Below are positions 9,602 to 18,425 of a stretch of 64,000 nt of DNA, piece after piece. Position 1 is the stretch's first letter; every line of letters starts with the position of its first letter. Source of the DNA: a virus. Below the pieces are notes generated by a model. The model made no database searches. It saw only the letters and a list, made by a program, of their open reading frames with translations, and was not told the origin of the DNA. A program made the position numbers and the translations under genes. The DNA lies in the IMG/VR virus record IMGVR_UViG_3300036985_006490, positions 1 to 64,000 of that record. One strand, 5' to 3'.

Positions 9602-9900
9602 AAAAAAAAGGAGATACCGTCGTACCTCCCAATTTTCTCCGTCGAGAAAATATAACGTGTCTTTTTGGATTGGGCTGATCACATAACCCCAAGGATGGAT
9701 GCTCCTTTGTTTTATTTATCGTCTCAAAACATCCAATAGTGACGTGTTTAATTCTATCTTTTTTCAAGGTCAAAGATACCGGAAACAACAACTTCTAACC
9801 TCCCATACCTGATTCTACGTTTTTCTAATTTATAAAGCGGAGAAGAAATTGTTAAGGTGAGTATGGGAAAACACCATGATAAAATATTCCGCTATCCATT
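9602..9900 (-). ncRNA. Candidate structured RNA downstream of the tRNA, ending in a terminator
   Basis: Several complementary stems including a crossing pair; two GACG-loop hairpins followed by a T-run on the minus strand. Confidence 0.4.
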
Positions 9901-9993
9901 TGGTGGCCGGGAGTGGGTTCGAACCACTGGCTCATCGGAGTTCACCCGACTGCTCTACCATGAATTCCGAAGAACTCCTGAGCTACCACAACC
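9901..9993 (-). tRNA. Atypical tRNA-Phe(GAA)-like gene with an extra D-loop hairpin; CCA encoded
   Basis: GGTTGTGG-TA-GCTC...GAGC-A-GTCGG-GTGAACT-CCGAT-GAGCC-AGTGG-TTCGAAC-CCACT-CCCGGCC-A-CCA. Confidence 0.75.
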
Positions 9994-10045
9994 ATATTGT
10001 TTCTCGGGGTTTGGAACCGAATATCTATTAGTCCCAAACCCTTTA

Positions 10046-10077
10046 CAAATATAGAAAATTCTTTTTGAACTGTCAAA
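10046..10077 (-). promoter_or_regulatory. Bacteroidota housekeeping-sigma promoter (-33 TTTG / -7 TAnnTTTG) upstream of the tRNA
   Basis: TTTG-N20-TATATTTG on the minus strand. Confidence 0.8.
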
Positions 10078-10142
10078 CTATTTATGAAAAAAAGCCTCCC
10101 CGTAATGGGGCGTTTAGGACCGTTCCAGTTATGGGACAATTT

Positions 10143-10176
10143 AAGAGAACGATTCGCTACCGTTCTCTTTTTTTTT
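10143..10176. terminator. Intrinsic terminator
   Basis: Stem AAGAGAACG/CGTTCTCTT with a T-run. Confidence 0.7.
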
Positions 10177-10262
10177 ATGAATTAATTTTTTAACTGAAAT
10201 ATTTTTTCTATATTTGGATAAATAATTCATAAAAACAATCGTAAACTATTTATCACAAAAAA

Positions 10263-10397
10263 ATGGCAAAAGGCACAAAAGGAGGATCATCTCCATCTCG
10301 TAAAATCTCTTTCGGAAAGAAAAAATCAGGAGTTGCTAAGAAAGGTTTTTCCAAATACGATCAGAAACCTAAAAAATACCAAGGTCAGGGAAGGTAA
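10263..10397 (+). CDS. Small Lys/Gly-rich basic protein (44 aa) ending YQGQGR
   Basis: MAKGTKGGSSPSRKISFGKKKSGVAKKGFSKYDQKPKKYQGQGR; TATTTAT upstream; below the ORF-track size cutoff. Confidence 0.75.
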   Translation: MAKGTKGGSSPSRKISFGKKKSGVAKKGFSKYDQKPKKYQGQGR

Positions 10398-10434
10398 CTC
10401 AAGACTTTTTTTATTTTTTTAATATATTCTTATC

Positions 10435-10725
10435 ATGTCCGATAAGAAACAGAGGTTCTATCGCCTTTTGGAAACCTATATGAATGATTCTCGTAAGGAG
10501 GATTTGGAACTCATGTATGGCAACGGGTCAAAAATCAAAGTTCATAATTGGACACATAATGAAAAGGGAGACACCTTCATATTTGAATTGATTGTCGTTT
10601 TGGGAGATACAATTAACGAATCTGTAATCGATACAAACTTAGCAGAAGTACTATTGGAAGATGCCTTAATATACTTCTATCCTGAAGTTAAAAAAATAAG
10701 TTGTATGGTTAGGTTTGATGTTTAA
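10435..10725 (+). CDS. Hypothetical protein
   Basis: 96-aa ORF. Confidence 0.7.
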   Translation: MSDKKQRFYRLLETYMNDSRKEDLELMYGNGSKIKVHNWTHNEKGDTFIFELIVVLGDTINESVIDTNLAEVLLEDALIYFYPEVKKISCMVRFDV

Positions 10726-10727
10726 TA

Positions 10728-11012
10728 TTAAAGACCTGTTAGATTTTTATTTTGTAAAAATTCAACTTTAACTGAAAGAGCCGCAACTTGTTCAGTAAGT
10801 TTTAATATAGTCAATCTCATTTCATCTTTTTCTCTAGACGAATTTTCAAGTAGGGCTTCCAATTTGGAGATTCTATCTTTACAGTCGTGACGGATAAAGT
10901 CTTCATCTTTTTCTCTTTTTAGAGCTCTTTTTTCGTAAAATCTCCAAGCAGATGTTCCACCTAAAACTGTAACTAATGTTATTACTGCCGTCCAAATACT
11001 TTGTTCCTCCAT
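10728..11012 (-). CDS. TM plus coiled-coil protein
   Basis: N-terminal hydrophobic helix, C-terminal heptads. Confidence 0.7.
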   Translation of the reverse strand: MEEQSIWTAVITLVTVLGGTSAWRFYEKRALKREKDEDFIRHDCKDRISKLEALLENSSREKDEMRLTILKLTEQVAALSVKVEFLQNKNLTGL

Positions 11013-11080
11013 TTTGCGGTTTTTTCATAATAAATATGTAAAAAAAAATCTTTTACTCAAAATGGTAATAATAATTATTA

Positions 11081-11464
11081 TTATTCTGTTTTAGACCATG
11101 TCATATCACTGTTCAATACTGTAGAATAAAGAAATTTTTGGTTCCAAGAGGAAGGTTCAATTAAGGAAAGGAACTTATTACCATTCTTATCCTCGTAGAG
11201 GTGGTAAATATGACCTATAATCGGTTCAAATCTATAAGATGAGTCGTAGACCTCTTGAGTAATAACAAACGATTCTTGGAGGGTTTTAACCTCTTTTATA
11301 AGTTCTTCATACCTTCGATTGAATATCTTGTTGGCTTTGTCGGTCCCGTTTTGTTTGAATGGTGTCAAATCGGTAGGCACAATCTTCGGTGCCCCAACAT
11401 GATGAGGGTATTCCATCAAATTTGGGGTCAAATTAACTTTATCGATGTGGGATTGTGTTGACAT
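11081..11464 (-). CDS. DUF2452-family protein
   Basis: YPHHVGAPKIVP, FEPIIGHIYHLY, LSLIEP..W. Confidence 0.75.
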   Translation of the reverse strand: MSTQSHIDKVNLTPNLMEYPHHVGAPKIVPTDLTPFKQNGTDKANKIFNRRYEELIKEVKTLQESFVITQEVYDSSYRFEPIIGHIYHLYEDKNGNKFLSLIEPSSWNQKFLYSTVLNSDMTWSKTE

Positions 11465-11520
11465 AAAAAAACCTCGGATATACCGAGGTTAAATATAATT
11501 AAATTTTTGTTGGATTCAAA

Positions 11521-11694
11521 TTATTCTCCTTTTTTCAGGAAAATCCATAATACAAGATATGCCGGTAAAAACCCACCAAAAAATACAAGGATTCTCCATA
11601 GTATTGGGTCTATTCCTGTGTGTTCACCTAATCCATGACACACACCACCGATGTATCCTTTCTTTGGGAATCTAAATAATTTTTCAGTTTTCAT
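11521..11694 (-). CDS. pspC: PspC-domain small membrane protein (57 aa)
   Basis: KLFR...GYIGGVCHGLGEHTGIDPILWRI...AYLVLWIFL; below the ORF-track size cutoff. Confidence 0.85.
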   Translation of the reverse strand: MKTEKLFRFPKKGYIGGVCHGLGEHTGIDPILWRILVFFGGFLPAYLVLWIFLKKGE

Positions 11695-11695
11695 A

Positions 11696-12193
11696 TTATT
11701 CTCCTTTAATCATTGCCAATCCATGCTTCAAAAATTCTTTTGCTCTCTGTGAAACATTTGATAATGCATAAACTTTCTCAATGTCTTTTACAAGTTCTTC
11801 TCCGTGTTCGTTTTCCTTGTATAACTCGATAATTTTATCCATCGCCTTATTACATTCTTTTTTTGTCTCATCGAAATAGTTGTAAGGTTTGAACTCTTTC
11901 AAGTGATTCATAATATTATATGCAATGTGTTCTCCACCATCAGAAACATTCGGGTGAATTCTTAAGGTCTTTAATAACTCAAGTCTATCTGTAAGACCTC
12001 CAACACCGTTCTTTCTAAGTTGAACTCCCTCGATGTAATCTTCAAGTTCGTCTGAACCAACAATATCTTCAAGAGTCTTCACATTTCCACCGTGGCAGAA
12101 TTTTCTATCCTCTTTTTCTTCTGATTGTTCAATCATGTATAATTTCTTGATTGAATCTTTTTCGTCTTCCGTAAGTACAAATCTTTTGCTCAT
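11696..12193 (-). CDS. LTE-leader hypothetical protein
   Basis: MSKRFVLTEDEKDSIKKLYMIEQ; TATTTAT just upstream of ATG at 12193. Confidence 0.7.
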   Translation of the reverse strand: MSKRFVLTEDEKDSIKKLYMIEQSEEKEDRKFCHGGNVKTLEDIVGSDELEDYIEGVQLRKNGVGGLTDRLELLKTLRIHPNVSDGGEHIAYNIMNHLKEFKPYNYFDETKKECNKAMDKIIELYKENEHGEELVKDIEKVYALSNVSQRAKEFLKHGLAMIKGE

Positions 12194-12249
12194 ACCAATA
12201 AATATATCAATCATTACAAATTGACAATCTATTTATTCTTAAAATATAT

Positions 12250-12897
12250 ATGAAAAGATTTTTATATTCAGTCGCAATTGTTTTACTATCCCTTTTATTT
12301 GTAAGTTCATCTCAAAATAAAAATGAAGTTGTCCTAAAACACACAAATTACACATCAACATTCAGTATTTCCAAAAAATATCCTGTGATGGTTGAATGGT
12401 GGGTAACCAAAGCGATGGTAAGTTGTCCAACACCTCTCAAACGAAAAGATAATTTCAAACCAGATCCATTATTACCACAACACACAGACATCGCAAAGGA
12501 TTATGTCGGAAGTGGATATGATAGAGGACATATGATGCCCGCAGCAGACAATCTATGTCAGACACAACAAATTCAAGATGAAAGTTTTTATTTTTCTAAT
12601 ATGGCTGCTCAGACACATAGGCTAAATGCCGGAGATTGGAAATCATTGGAGACATTCACAAGAGATGAATCCAAATTAAAAGATTCAATTCACGTTTGGG
12701 CAGGAAATGTTGGTGAAATTAAGAAAATAGGTGGTGTGTCCGTCCCAAAATATTGTTGGAAGGTAATCCATATCAAAAAGGAAAATAAGTGGGTAGCGTA
12801 CTTGTTTGAAAACAATACGTCAAACCCTGACGGATTCAAAAACAACGAAGTTACCCTCAAGGACATCACATCCTTAACTGGTTTTACATTTCGCTAA
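12250..12897 (+). CDS. Secreted DNA/RNA non-specific endonuclease (NucA/Endonuclease_NS)
   Basis: Signal peptide; GYDRGHMMP, NMAAQ...LN.G.W..LE, VPKYCWKV. Confidence 0.92.
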   Translation: MKRFLYSVAIVLLSLLFVSSSQNKNEVVLKHTNYTSTFSISKKYPVMVEWWVTKAMVSCPTPLKRKDNFKPDPLLPQHTDIAKDYVGSGYDRGHMMPAADNLCQTQQIQDESFYFSNMAAQTHRLNAGDWKSLETFTRDESKLKDSIHVWAGNVGEIKKIGGVSVPKYCWKVIHIKKENKWVAYLFENNTSNPDGFKNNEVTLKDITSLTGFTFR

Positions 12898-13150
12898 ACA
12901 AATACTTGTTGATATTGTCCAAGGTATAAGTAGATTCTCTTTTATCGTAGACATGTTCCCATAAGGTTTTATTTTTAAGATATGGGTGAGGTTGAGACTT
13001 CGCCCATCTTTTTCCCATCTTATAATCTTTAACATTATAAGTTAATTTTTTTGTTGGTTGTTTAGCCAACCAACCTCTCACGGTCATTTTTAATTTGTGT
13101 AACATAAGGAATAAATATGGATTATTGGGTTTATATGACTTTGAAAACAT
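12884..13150 (-). CDS. Hypothetical basic protein
   Basis: 88-aa ORF. Confidence 0.55.
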   Translation of the reverse strand: MFSKSYKPNNPYLFLMLHKLKMTVRGWLAKQPTKKLTYNVKDYKMGKRWAKSQPHPYLKNKTLWEHVYDKRESTYTLDNINKYLFSEM

Positions 13151-13215
13151 TACTAAATTTAAAATATTTGATTATACATCTAATAACAATCACATATACA
13201 TACAAACAATAAAAA

Positions 13216-14682
13216 ATGGATAATATAAAATCAATTAAAATAAATGTAGCTTATAATAAAATATTAGTTTATGATGAAAATGGCGTACCATTATATGCTA
13301 CATCAAATGTAGCTAATTATGATATACATCCTTGGCATACAATAACATCTATACCTTTAGAAGAAACAGAAAAAAAATTAGGCATAAAGTTTCCATATAG
13401 AATTAAATCAAATGATACTCACCATCTAAGACATGAGCTGTTTCAATTTGCAAGTCAAAATATTGAAAATATATTGGATAATACTTACGATACATTTAGA
13501 AAAGGAACAATAGAGGAATTTTATTCTAAAAAAGAATCCTTTATATACCCAATTGTGATGTACAACAATGGTTTATTTCATAAATATACGACACTACAAT
13601 TGGATAAATTACTGGTTGAGGCAATACACAATGGGTATGGTAAATTGGTATTTATTCAACCTACGGAGGGATTTTTTGGCCAGCAAAACGATAATTTTAT
13701 ATGGATAGATAGTTTGTGTAAAAAATACAATCTAACAAAAGAATCAGTAGTAATAATAACTTCAAATATGATAGCCAAAGAAAAATATAATGGGCTAGTT
13801 AAAGATGGTACTATTACAGATTCTTTTGCAATATATCCATATTCATATTTTGGAAATAGTATTTGGTTTCATAATGGTCATAAATTAAATGTACATACTA
13901 AACAAACAATGAGAGATGTGTTTGAAAATTGTTTAAATTCAAATAGAAATACCAATAAAGTTCGTCATTTTTTAAATTTCAATAGAGAACCAAAATTGCA
14001 TAGAATTGCTTTATTTGGGGAATTTAAATCAAATGATAAATTAAAAAATACATCAATTACTACATTAGGAAGAGTTAATAATAATAATCCGCTTGAATAC
14101 CATATGTTAATGCGTTCATTTATAGATAACGATTATATGCATTCTAAAGATAGAGTGGTATTGTTTTTTGAAAACTACGATTCAACAAAACATACAATTT
14201 ATGATGAGCCTGATTTGGAAAATAATAAAGCAGGTACATTTAATAAAAAAGCACATACCGAATCATTTGTCAATATAGTATCCGAATCGTTAATCGATAC
14301 CGATTCTATCTTTTTTTCTGAAAAAATTTATAAACCAATATTTGGAGCTCAACCATTTATTTTATTTGGTAATCCCAATTCTATTAAAATGTTACAATCT
14401 ATGGGATTCAGAACATTTGATAAATGGTGGGATGAAAGTTATGATGAGGAAACCCAATTCTCTAAACGATTAGAAAAAATAGTTACCATATTAGAAGAAA
14501 TATCTAGTTGGAGTTTGGATGAGTGTTTTAGAATAACACAGGAAATGGAAGAAGTATTAGTACATAATTTTAATCATATGCTATCGGATGATGATATTTT
14601 TAATTTATTTAAATTACTTGCATCCAATACTAACGCAGATATTAATAGTCAAATAATTATAACTAATAAAAAATTAATATGA
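13216..14682 (+). CDS. Glycosyltransferase-like protein (family shared with 45609 and 46734)
   Basis: FLNFNR.PK.HR, FVNIVSES, FFSEKIYKPI..QPFI, GFRTFDKWWDESYD. Confidence 0.6.
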   Translation: MDNIKSIKINVAYNKILVYDENGVPLYATSNVANYDIHPWHTITSIPLEETEKKLGIKFPYRIKSNDTHHLRHELFQFASQNIENILDNTYDTFRKGTIEEFYSKKESFIYPIVMYNNGLFHKYTTLQLDKLLVEAIHNGYGKLVFIQPTEGFFGQQNDNFIWIDSLCKKYNLTKESVVIITSNMIAKEKYNGLVKDGTITDSFAIYPYSYFGNSIWFHNGHKLNVHTKQTMRDVFENCLNSNRNTNKVRHFLNFNREPKLHRIALFGEFKSNDKLKNTSITTLGRVNNNNPLEYHMLMRSFIDNDYMHSKDRVVLFFENYDSTKHTIYDEPDLENNKAGTFNKKAHTESFVNIVSESLIDTDSIFFSEKIYKPIFGAQPFILFGNPNSIKMLQSMGFRTFDKWWDESYDEETQFSKRLEKIVTILEEISSWSLDECFRITQEMEEVLVHNFNHMLSDDDIFNLFKLLASNTNADINSQIIITNKKLI

Positions 14683-14948
14683 AAATAGGTTTTATAGGAG
14701 TAGGTAAATTAGGTAAAGATGCTGCCGAAGTAATGGCTGAATATCACTATGTTGAAGGGTACGATATAAATAATGTTACACCAACTAATTTTAAAATGGT
14801 TGAAACATTAAAAGATGTATGTTTAGATAAACAAATAATTTTTGTAGCAGTTCCAACACCGCATCATACGGATTATGATGGTAGATATCCAACATCGCAT
14901 TTAGAGCCAAAAGATTTTAACTATTCCATAAAAAAACCCCTAATGTAA
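14679..14948 (+). pseudogene. Truncated nucleotide-sugar (UDP-glucose-type) dehydrogenase N-terminus
   Basis: MKIGFIGVGKLG and IFVAVPTP motifs; ends after 89 aa inside a terminator hairpin. Confidence 0.75.
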
Positions 14949-14960
14949 GGGGTCTAAAAT

Positions 14961-15155
14961 TTATTTATATAATCTTTGTGTATCCAAATAAAGTCGTCTC
15001 ATGTTTTCTTCCAAAAGATTAATTTGTTTTTGGTCTTCTAATGATACTTCAAAATTTTTGGCTTTAATTTGTCTTATTTGTTCGGACATTCTTTCGTATC
15101 TGAACAACATGTCGTTGTAAAGTTTTCCTTTTTCATCGTTTGTTAAGTAACCCAT
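14961..15155 (-). CDS. Hypothetical coiled-coil protein
   Basis: 64-aa ORF with TATTTAT upstream. Confidence 0.65.
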   Translation of the reverse strand: MGYLTNDEKGKLYNDMLFRYERMSEQIRQIKAKNFEVSLEDQKQINLLEENMRRLYLDTQRLYK

Positions 15156-15197
15156 AGTCTTTTTTTATAAATATATTGCGGGATTGATAATTGTAAA

Positions 15198-15482
15198 TTA
15201 TTTTTCGTATTTGATTTCGGAGTGAGCTTTCTTAATACCGTCCAATCCTTTATAGATTAAATCCTTAACTTCAGGACGAGTTTTCTTTCCTCCCTTGAAC
15301 ATGGATATTAACTCTTCCAAACTATCAATTACTTCTTCACTCGCATCTATTACATCCAAATTACCATTGTCAGTATCTGTTCGCATAGGTTGTGTATAGA
15401 TATCCAAATCCATAGCAACAGTATTGGAACCTGATTCAACTAATTTTTTATACTGATTTTCGGTAATAATGACTTTTAACAT
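15198..15482 (-). CDS. ITE-leader protein
   Basis: MLKVIITENQYKKLVES. Confidence 0.7.
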   Translation of the reverse strand: MLKVIITENQYKKLVESGSNTVAMDLDIYTQPMRTDTDNGNLDVIDASEEVIDSLEELISMFKGGKKTRPEVKDLIYKGLDGIKKAHSEIKYEK

Positions 15483-15493
15483 AATCTTAATTA

Positions 15494-15505
15494 TATTTAT
15501 AAATA
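15494..15505. promoter_or_regulatory. Palindromic TATTTATAAATA: putative bidirectional phage (late) promoter
   Basis: Provides TATTTAT on both strands, 9-16 nt from two divergent start codons. Confidence 0.6.
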
Positions 15506-15514
15506 CATAAAAGT

Positions 15515-16090
15515 ATGGATATGAGACAAATTATAAAATTATTCTTCGTTTTGTCATTAGTTATTATGACATCTTGTTTAACTCAACAACGAGTAGTTTA
15601 TAGAGACTGCGATTGTGACACCACAACATTTGGTTTTGGATGGAATAATAACCCTTATTGGGGGTTAAACGACACTTATTGGGGTTGGAATCGTTGGAAT
15701 TCATGGAATTACTCTCCATATCAGCATATTCCAAGACATTACATCTACCCTAATAGAATTCCACCATCACAACCTTCAAGATACGAAAGAAGACAATCTA
15801 TTGGTGCCAGACCAAGTAGATTACAACAAAATGAGCCTATAATATACGAGAAAAGACCTTCCATACCACAAATTCAGAGAAATCCTCAACCAAGTCGTGT
15901 AGATAATGTATATCCACAAAGGTCTCAACCAAGTCGTGTAGATAATGTATATCCACAAAGGTCTCAACCAAGTAGGGTTCAAAATAACACTCCAAGTCGG
16001 TCAGAAACACCTTCAAGGGTTCAACAACGTCAAAATACACCTGTTACAACTCAACCAACAAGAAGTAGGGTTCAAAACAGAGAAAATTAA
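15515..16090 (+). CDS. Lipoprotein with a low-complexity Q/P/S/R tail
   Basis: Lipobox IMTS-C; Trp/Asn-rich segment; QPSR repeats. Confidence 0.75.
   Translation: MDMRQIIKLFFVLSLVIMTSCLTQQRVVYRDCDCDTTTFGFGWNNNPYWGLNDTYWGWNRWNSWNYSPYQHIPRHYIYPNRIPPSQPSRYERRQSIGARPSRLQQNEPIIYEKRPSIPQIQRNPQPSRVDNVYPQRSQPSRVDNVYPQRSQPSRVQNNTPSRSETPSRVQQRQNTPVTTQPTRSRVQNREN
15885..15973 (+). repeat. 39-bp in-frame tandem repeat (2 copies plus a partial)
   Basis: ctcaaccaagtcgtgtagataatgtatatccacaaaggt twice. Confidence 0.9.
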
Positions 16091-16296
16091 GGTTTTTTTG
16101 GTTTTTTGGACGATTTTTCCTTCCATTCTAACCAAAAACCTGTCGCAACAATGACATTCATACCAAAAGACATCAAAATTTCATGTAAATCTTGGTAAAT
16201 GTTCGTTGTTAGGTGTACATGACCAACAATCCAGAATGGAATTGATAAATTTGATGCAATCCACTTGATTAGAAACTTAATAAACTTCAATTTCAT
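16087..16296 (-). CDS. Small membrane protein
   Basis: Two hydrophobic segments. Confidence 0.65.
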   Translation of the reverse strand: MKLKFIKFLIKWIASNLSIPFWIVGHVHLTTNIYQDLHEILMSFGMNVIVATGFWLEWKEKSSKKPKKP

Positions 16297-16747
16297 GTAA
16301 AAAATGTTCTAATTTGATGTTTTCGTCTGAAAAATGTCTTTTTAGGTCTAAAAATTGCTTTACAACACCATATGAGAACCCATATCTCTCACTAAGTTCC
16401 CATTTTTTCACATTTCCTCTCGTAATTCCGTCAATATAGTAGGAAACGTCTATACTTCTACGTGATATTTGGTTAATTGAGTATCCAAAACTGCTTTCAA
16501 ACCACTTTTTTAGTAAAATCTGATATTGTTTTTGTTCCAAAGAGAAAATATAGAAAAAATCATCAAAAATCTTCGGATTATAGTGTAATTTACCCTCACT
16601 ATTGTATTGAAAATACCAATTTCGTTCATCCAAATCAAGAATCCATAACTCTTTACCATACGGATAGTAAATTTTATCCGATAATAGTTCAAAAAGTCGT
16701 TTAGAAATGAATTTCTTTAGTTTTACGTTGTCAATTATATCCACCAA
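16277..16747 (-). CDS. Paralog of the 20968 N-terminal domain (WF-domain family, no leader)
   Basis: LWILD....WYFQY..EGKL.Y...FDDFF.IFSLE......L..WFE. Confidence 0.7.
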   Translation of the reverse strand: MVDIIDNVKLKKFISKRLFELLSDKIYYPYGKELWILDLDERNWYFQYNSEGKLHYNPKIFDDFFYIFSLEQKQYQILLKKWFESSFGYSINQISRRSIDVSYYIDGITRGNVKKWELSERYGFSYGVVKQFLDLKRHFSDENIKLEHFLHEIEVY

Positions 16748-16771
16748 TCAAAAAATAGATAATAAATTACA

Positions 16772-16951
16772 TTATGAGTGTTTTACTTCAGGTTTTCTTT
16801 TTGTTAAAAAATACCGTATTTTTTTAATGTCAAAGAATTCACAACCAACTTCGTAAACAGGGTTTTTTAAGGGTTCAAACGTCAAAACTTCATTGGGGTA
16901 TTTTAAGAGAATCTTGTTACCATCGATTTTAATTAAATTTATATTTTTCAT
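16772..16951 (-). CDS. Small hypothetical protein
   Basis: ATG at 16951. Confidence 0.45.
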   Translation of the reverse strand: MKNINLIKIDGNKILLKYPNEVLTFEPLKNPVYEVGCEFFDIKKIRYFLTKRKPEVKHS

Positions 16952-17022
16952 ATTCAAAATATAATAAATTTTTTCAATAAAAAAACCCCACTCTAAATGA
17001 ATGGGGTTATATGATTCAAATA

Positions 17023-17736
17023 TTAATCTTTTTTAAAGACGAGTTTATCACTTGCCTCACTGTAGTCATTCTTTACTGTTGAAAGTCGGTAACCCTGTTG
17101 TGATAAATAAGATTGAAGTTTCTGACTATCTTGTTGAGATAAATCAGGTCCTTTATAAACCGCTCTTTTACCGTTTAATCTACCTACGATTAAACCACCC
17201 TTAACTAATCTATTATAAAGGTCTGAAGGCGACTCTGCGGTTGCAGGTGTAGTTCCTGCTGCTGGTGTAGTTCCTGCTGCTGGTGTAGTTCCTGCGGCTG
17301 GTGTTGTTGCCACGGGTGCCGCAGCAGATGCCGCAGATGGAGCTGTTGTTATCGTTGCTGCCGATGGTGTTCCACCATATTGTCCTCCTGGAGTAGGTGC
17401 TGCTGCAGTTGCCGCTGATGAAATCTCTGTAGAAGGCATTACATTTTTCGCATCAGATGTCGCTTGTTGACTCTGTTCTTTTCTTGCATTCTTCGTGGCA
17501 ACAACCTTTTCTAACGCATCTTGAGTTAATTTACCCCAATCTCCGTCAACACCATCTCCTGTGGAACCTGTTTTTCCTAAATCAACCTTGTATTTATCTA
17601 CCAATATTCTTTGAATTTGTTTAATAACATCCTCAACTGTTGCTGCAGGGGCATCTTGTTCTGAAATAACCATACCTCTTTGATATCCCAAAAGGTATTT
17701 CATTTTATTTAATTCTTCGTTTACTAAATGTTTCAT
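17023..17736 (-). CDS. EELNKMK-leader protein with a PG-binding-like motif and an Ala/Thr/Pro linker
   Basis: MKHLVNEELNKMK...ISEQ; VDGDWGKLTQDAL; AGTTPA x3. Confidence 0.75.
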   Translation of the reverse strand: MKHLVNEELNKMKYLLGYQRGMVISEQDAPAATVEDVIKQIQRILVDKYKVDLGKTGSTGDGVDGDWGKLTQDALEKVVATKNARKEQSQQATSDAKNVMPSTEISSAATAAAPTPGGQYGGTPSAATITTAPSAASAAAPVATTPAAGTTPAAGTTPAAGTTPATAESPSDLYNRLVKGGLIVGRLNGKRAVYKGPDLSQQDSQKLQSYLSQQGYRLSTVKNDYSEASDKLVFKKD

Positions 17737-17747
17737 GATATATTTTA

Positions 17748-18383
17748 TTATGCTTTGAGTTGATTTAATAATGTTGTTAGTTGTGTTAAATCAGGTGTTT
17801 GTTGTGTTGTAGTACTGGTAGATTGTGTTACAGTTGATTGTGAACCGTCATCTTGCAACTTAGCTAATATTGATTGTAAAGTTTGTAAATCCATTTTATC
17901 AGATTTAACACCTAAGTCAGTTGCAGATTTTGCAAATCTAGTATTCACAACATTAGTACCACCTTTTTGAGTATTATCTGTCTTTTTTATTTCAAGTGCC
18001 TTTGATAAATCGTCTCCAAACTTATATCCAGCAGGTGATGCAACATCTGGAACAACGACATTTGGACAAGTTGTCTTCGCTGCGGCAATTTCTTCGGGAG
18101 TAATTGTATAGGAACTTACGTATTCATCGAAAGTTTTTCCATTGAATGCTAATTTTGCATTTTCTATTTTACCATTCTTTACACTACAATAATTAAAATT
18201 GATATTTTTTTGTCTCGGAGTAGCGGCCCCCACTGTATTCATGTAAGCCGCAAGGCCGTCTTGTTTGGTTTGAGGCTGACCTGCCGAATTCAACAATTGT
18301 TCCGATATCACGGTTCCCGCCTTGGCATGAATAAGACCTTTCATCTTATTTAGTTCTTCAAATATATTAGATTTATTATTCAT
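17748..18383 (-). CDS. EELNKMK-leader protein
   Basis: IFEELNKMK...GTVISEQ, the same leader as 17023. Confidence 0.75.
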   Translation of the reverse strand: MNNKSNIFEELNKMKGLIHAKAGTVISEQLLNSAGQPQTKQDGLAAYMNTVGAATPRQKNINFNYCSVKNGKIENAKLAFNGKTFDEYVSSYTITPEEIAAAKTTCPNVVVPDVASPAGYKFGDDLSKALEIKKTDNTQKGGTNVVNTRFAKSATDLGVKSDKMDLQTLQSILAKLQDDGSQSTVTQSTSTTTQQTPDLTQLTTLLNQLKA

Positions 18384-18425
18384 TATATTTTTTATTTAAT
18401 ATAAATACTTTGATACAACATAAAT

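Noticed and set aside
9602-9993. tmRNA
   Set aside because: The tRNA-like part has its own D and anticodon arms, with U3-G70 rather than G3-U70, and no tag ORF was identified.
9543-10139. ORFs 9543-9791, 9857-10054 and 9942-10139
   Set aside because: They overlap the tRNA, its promoter and the structured region, use non-ATG starts and show no protein features.
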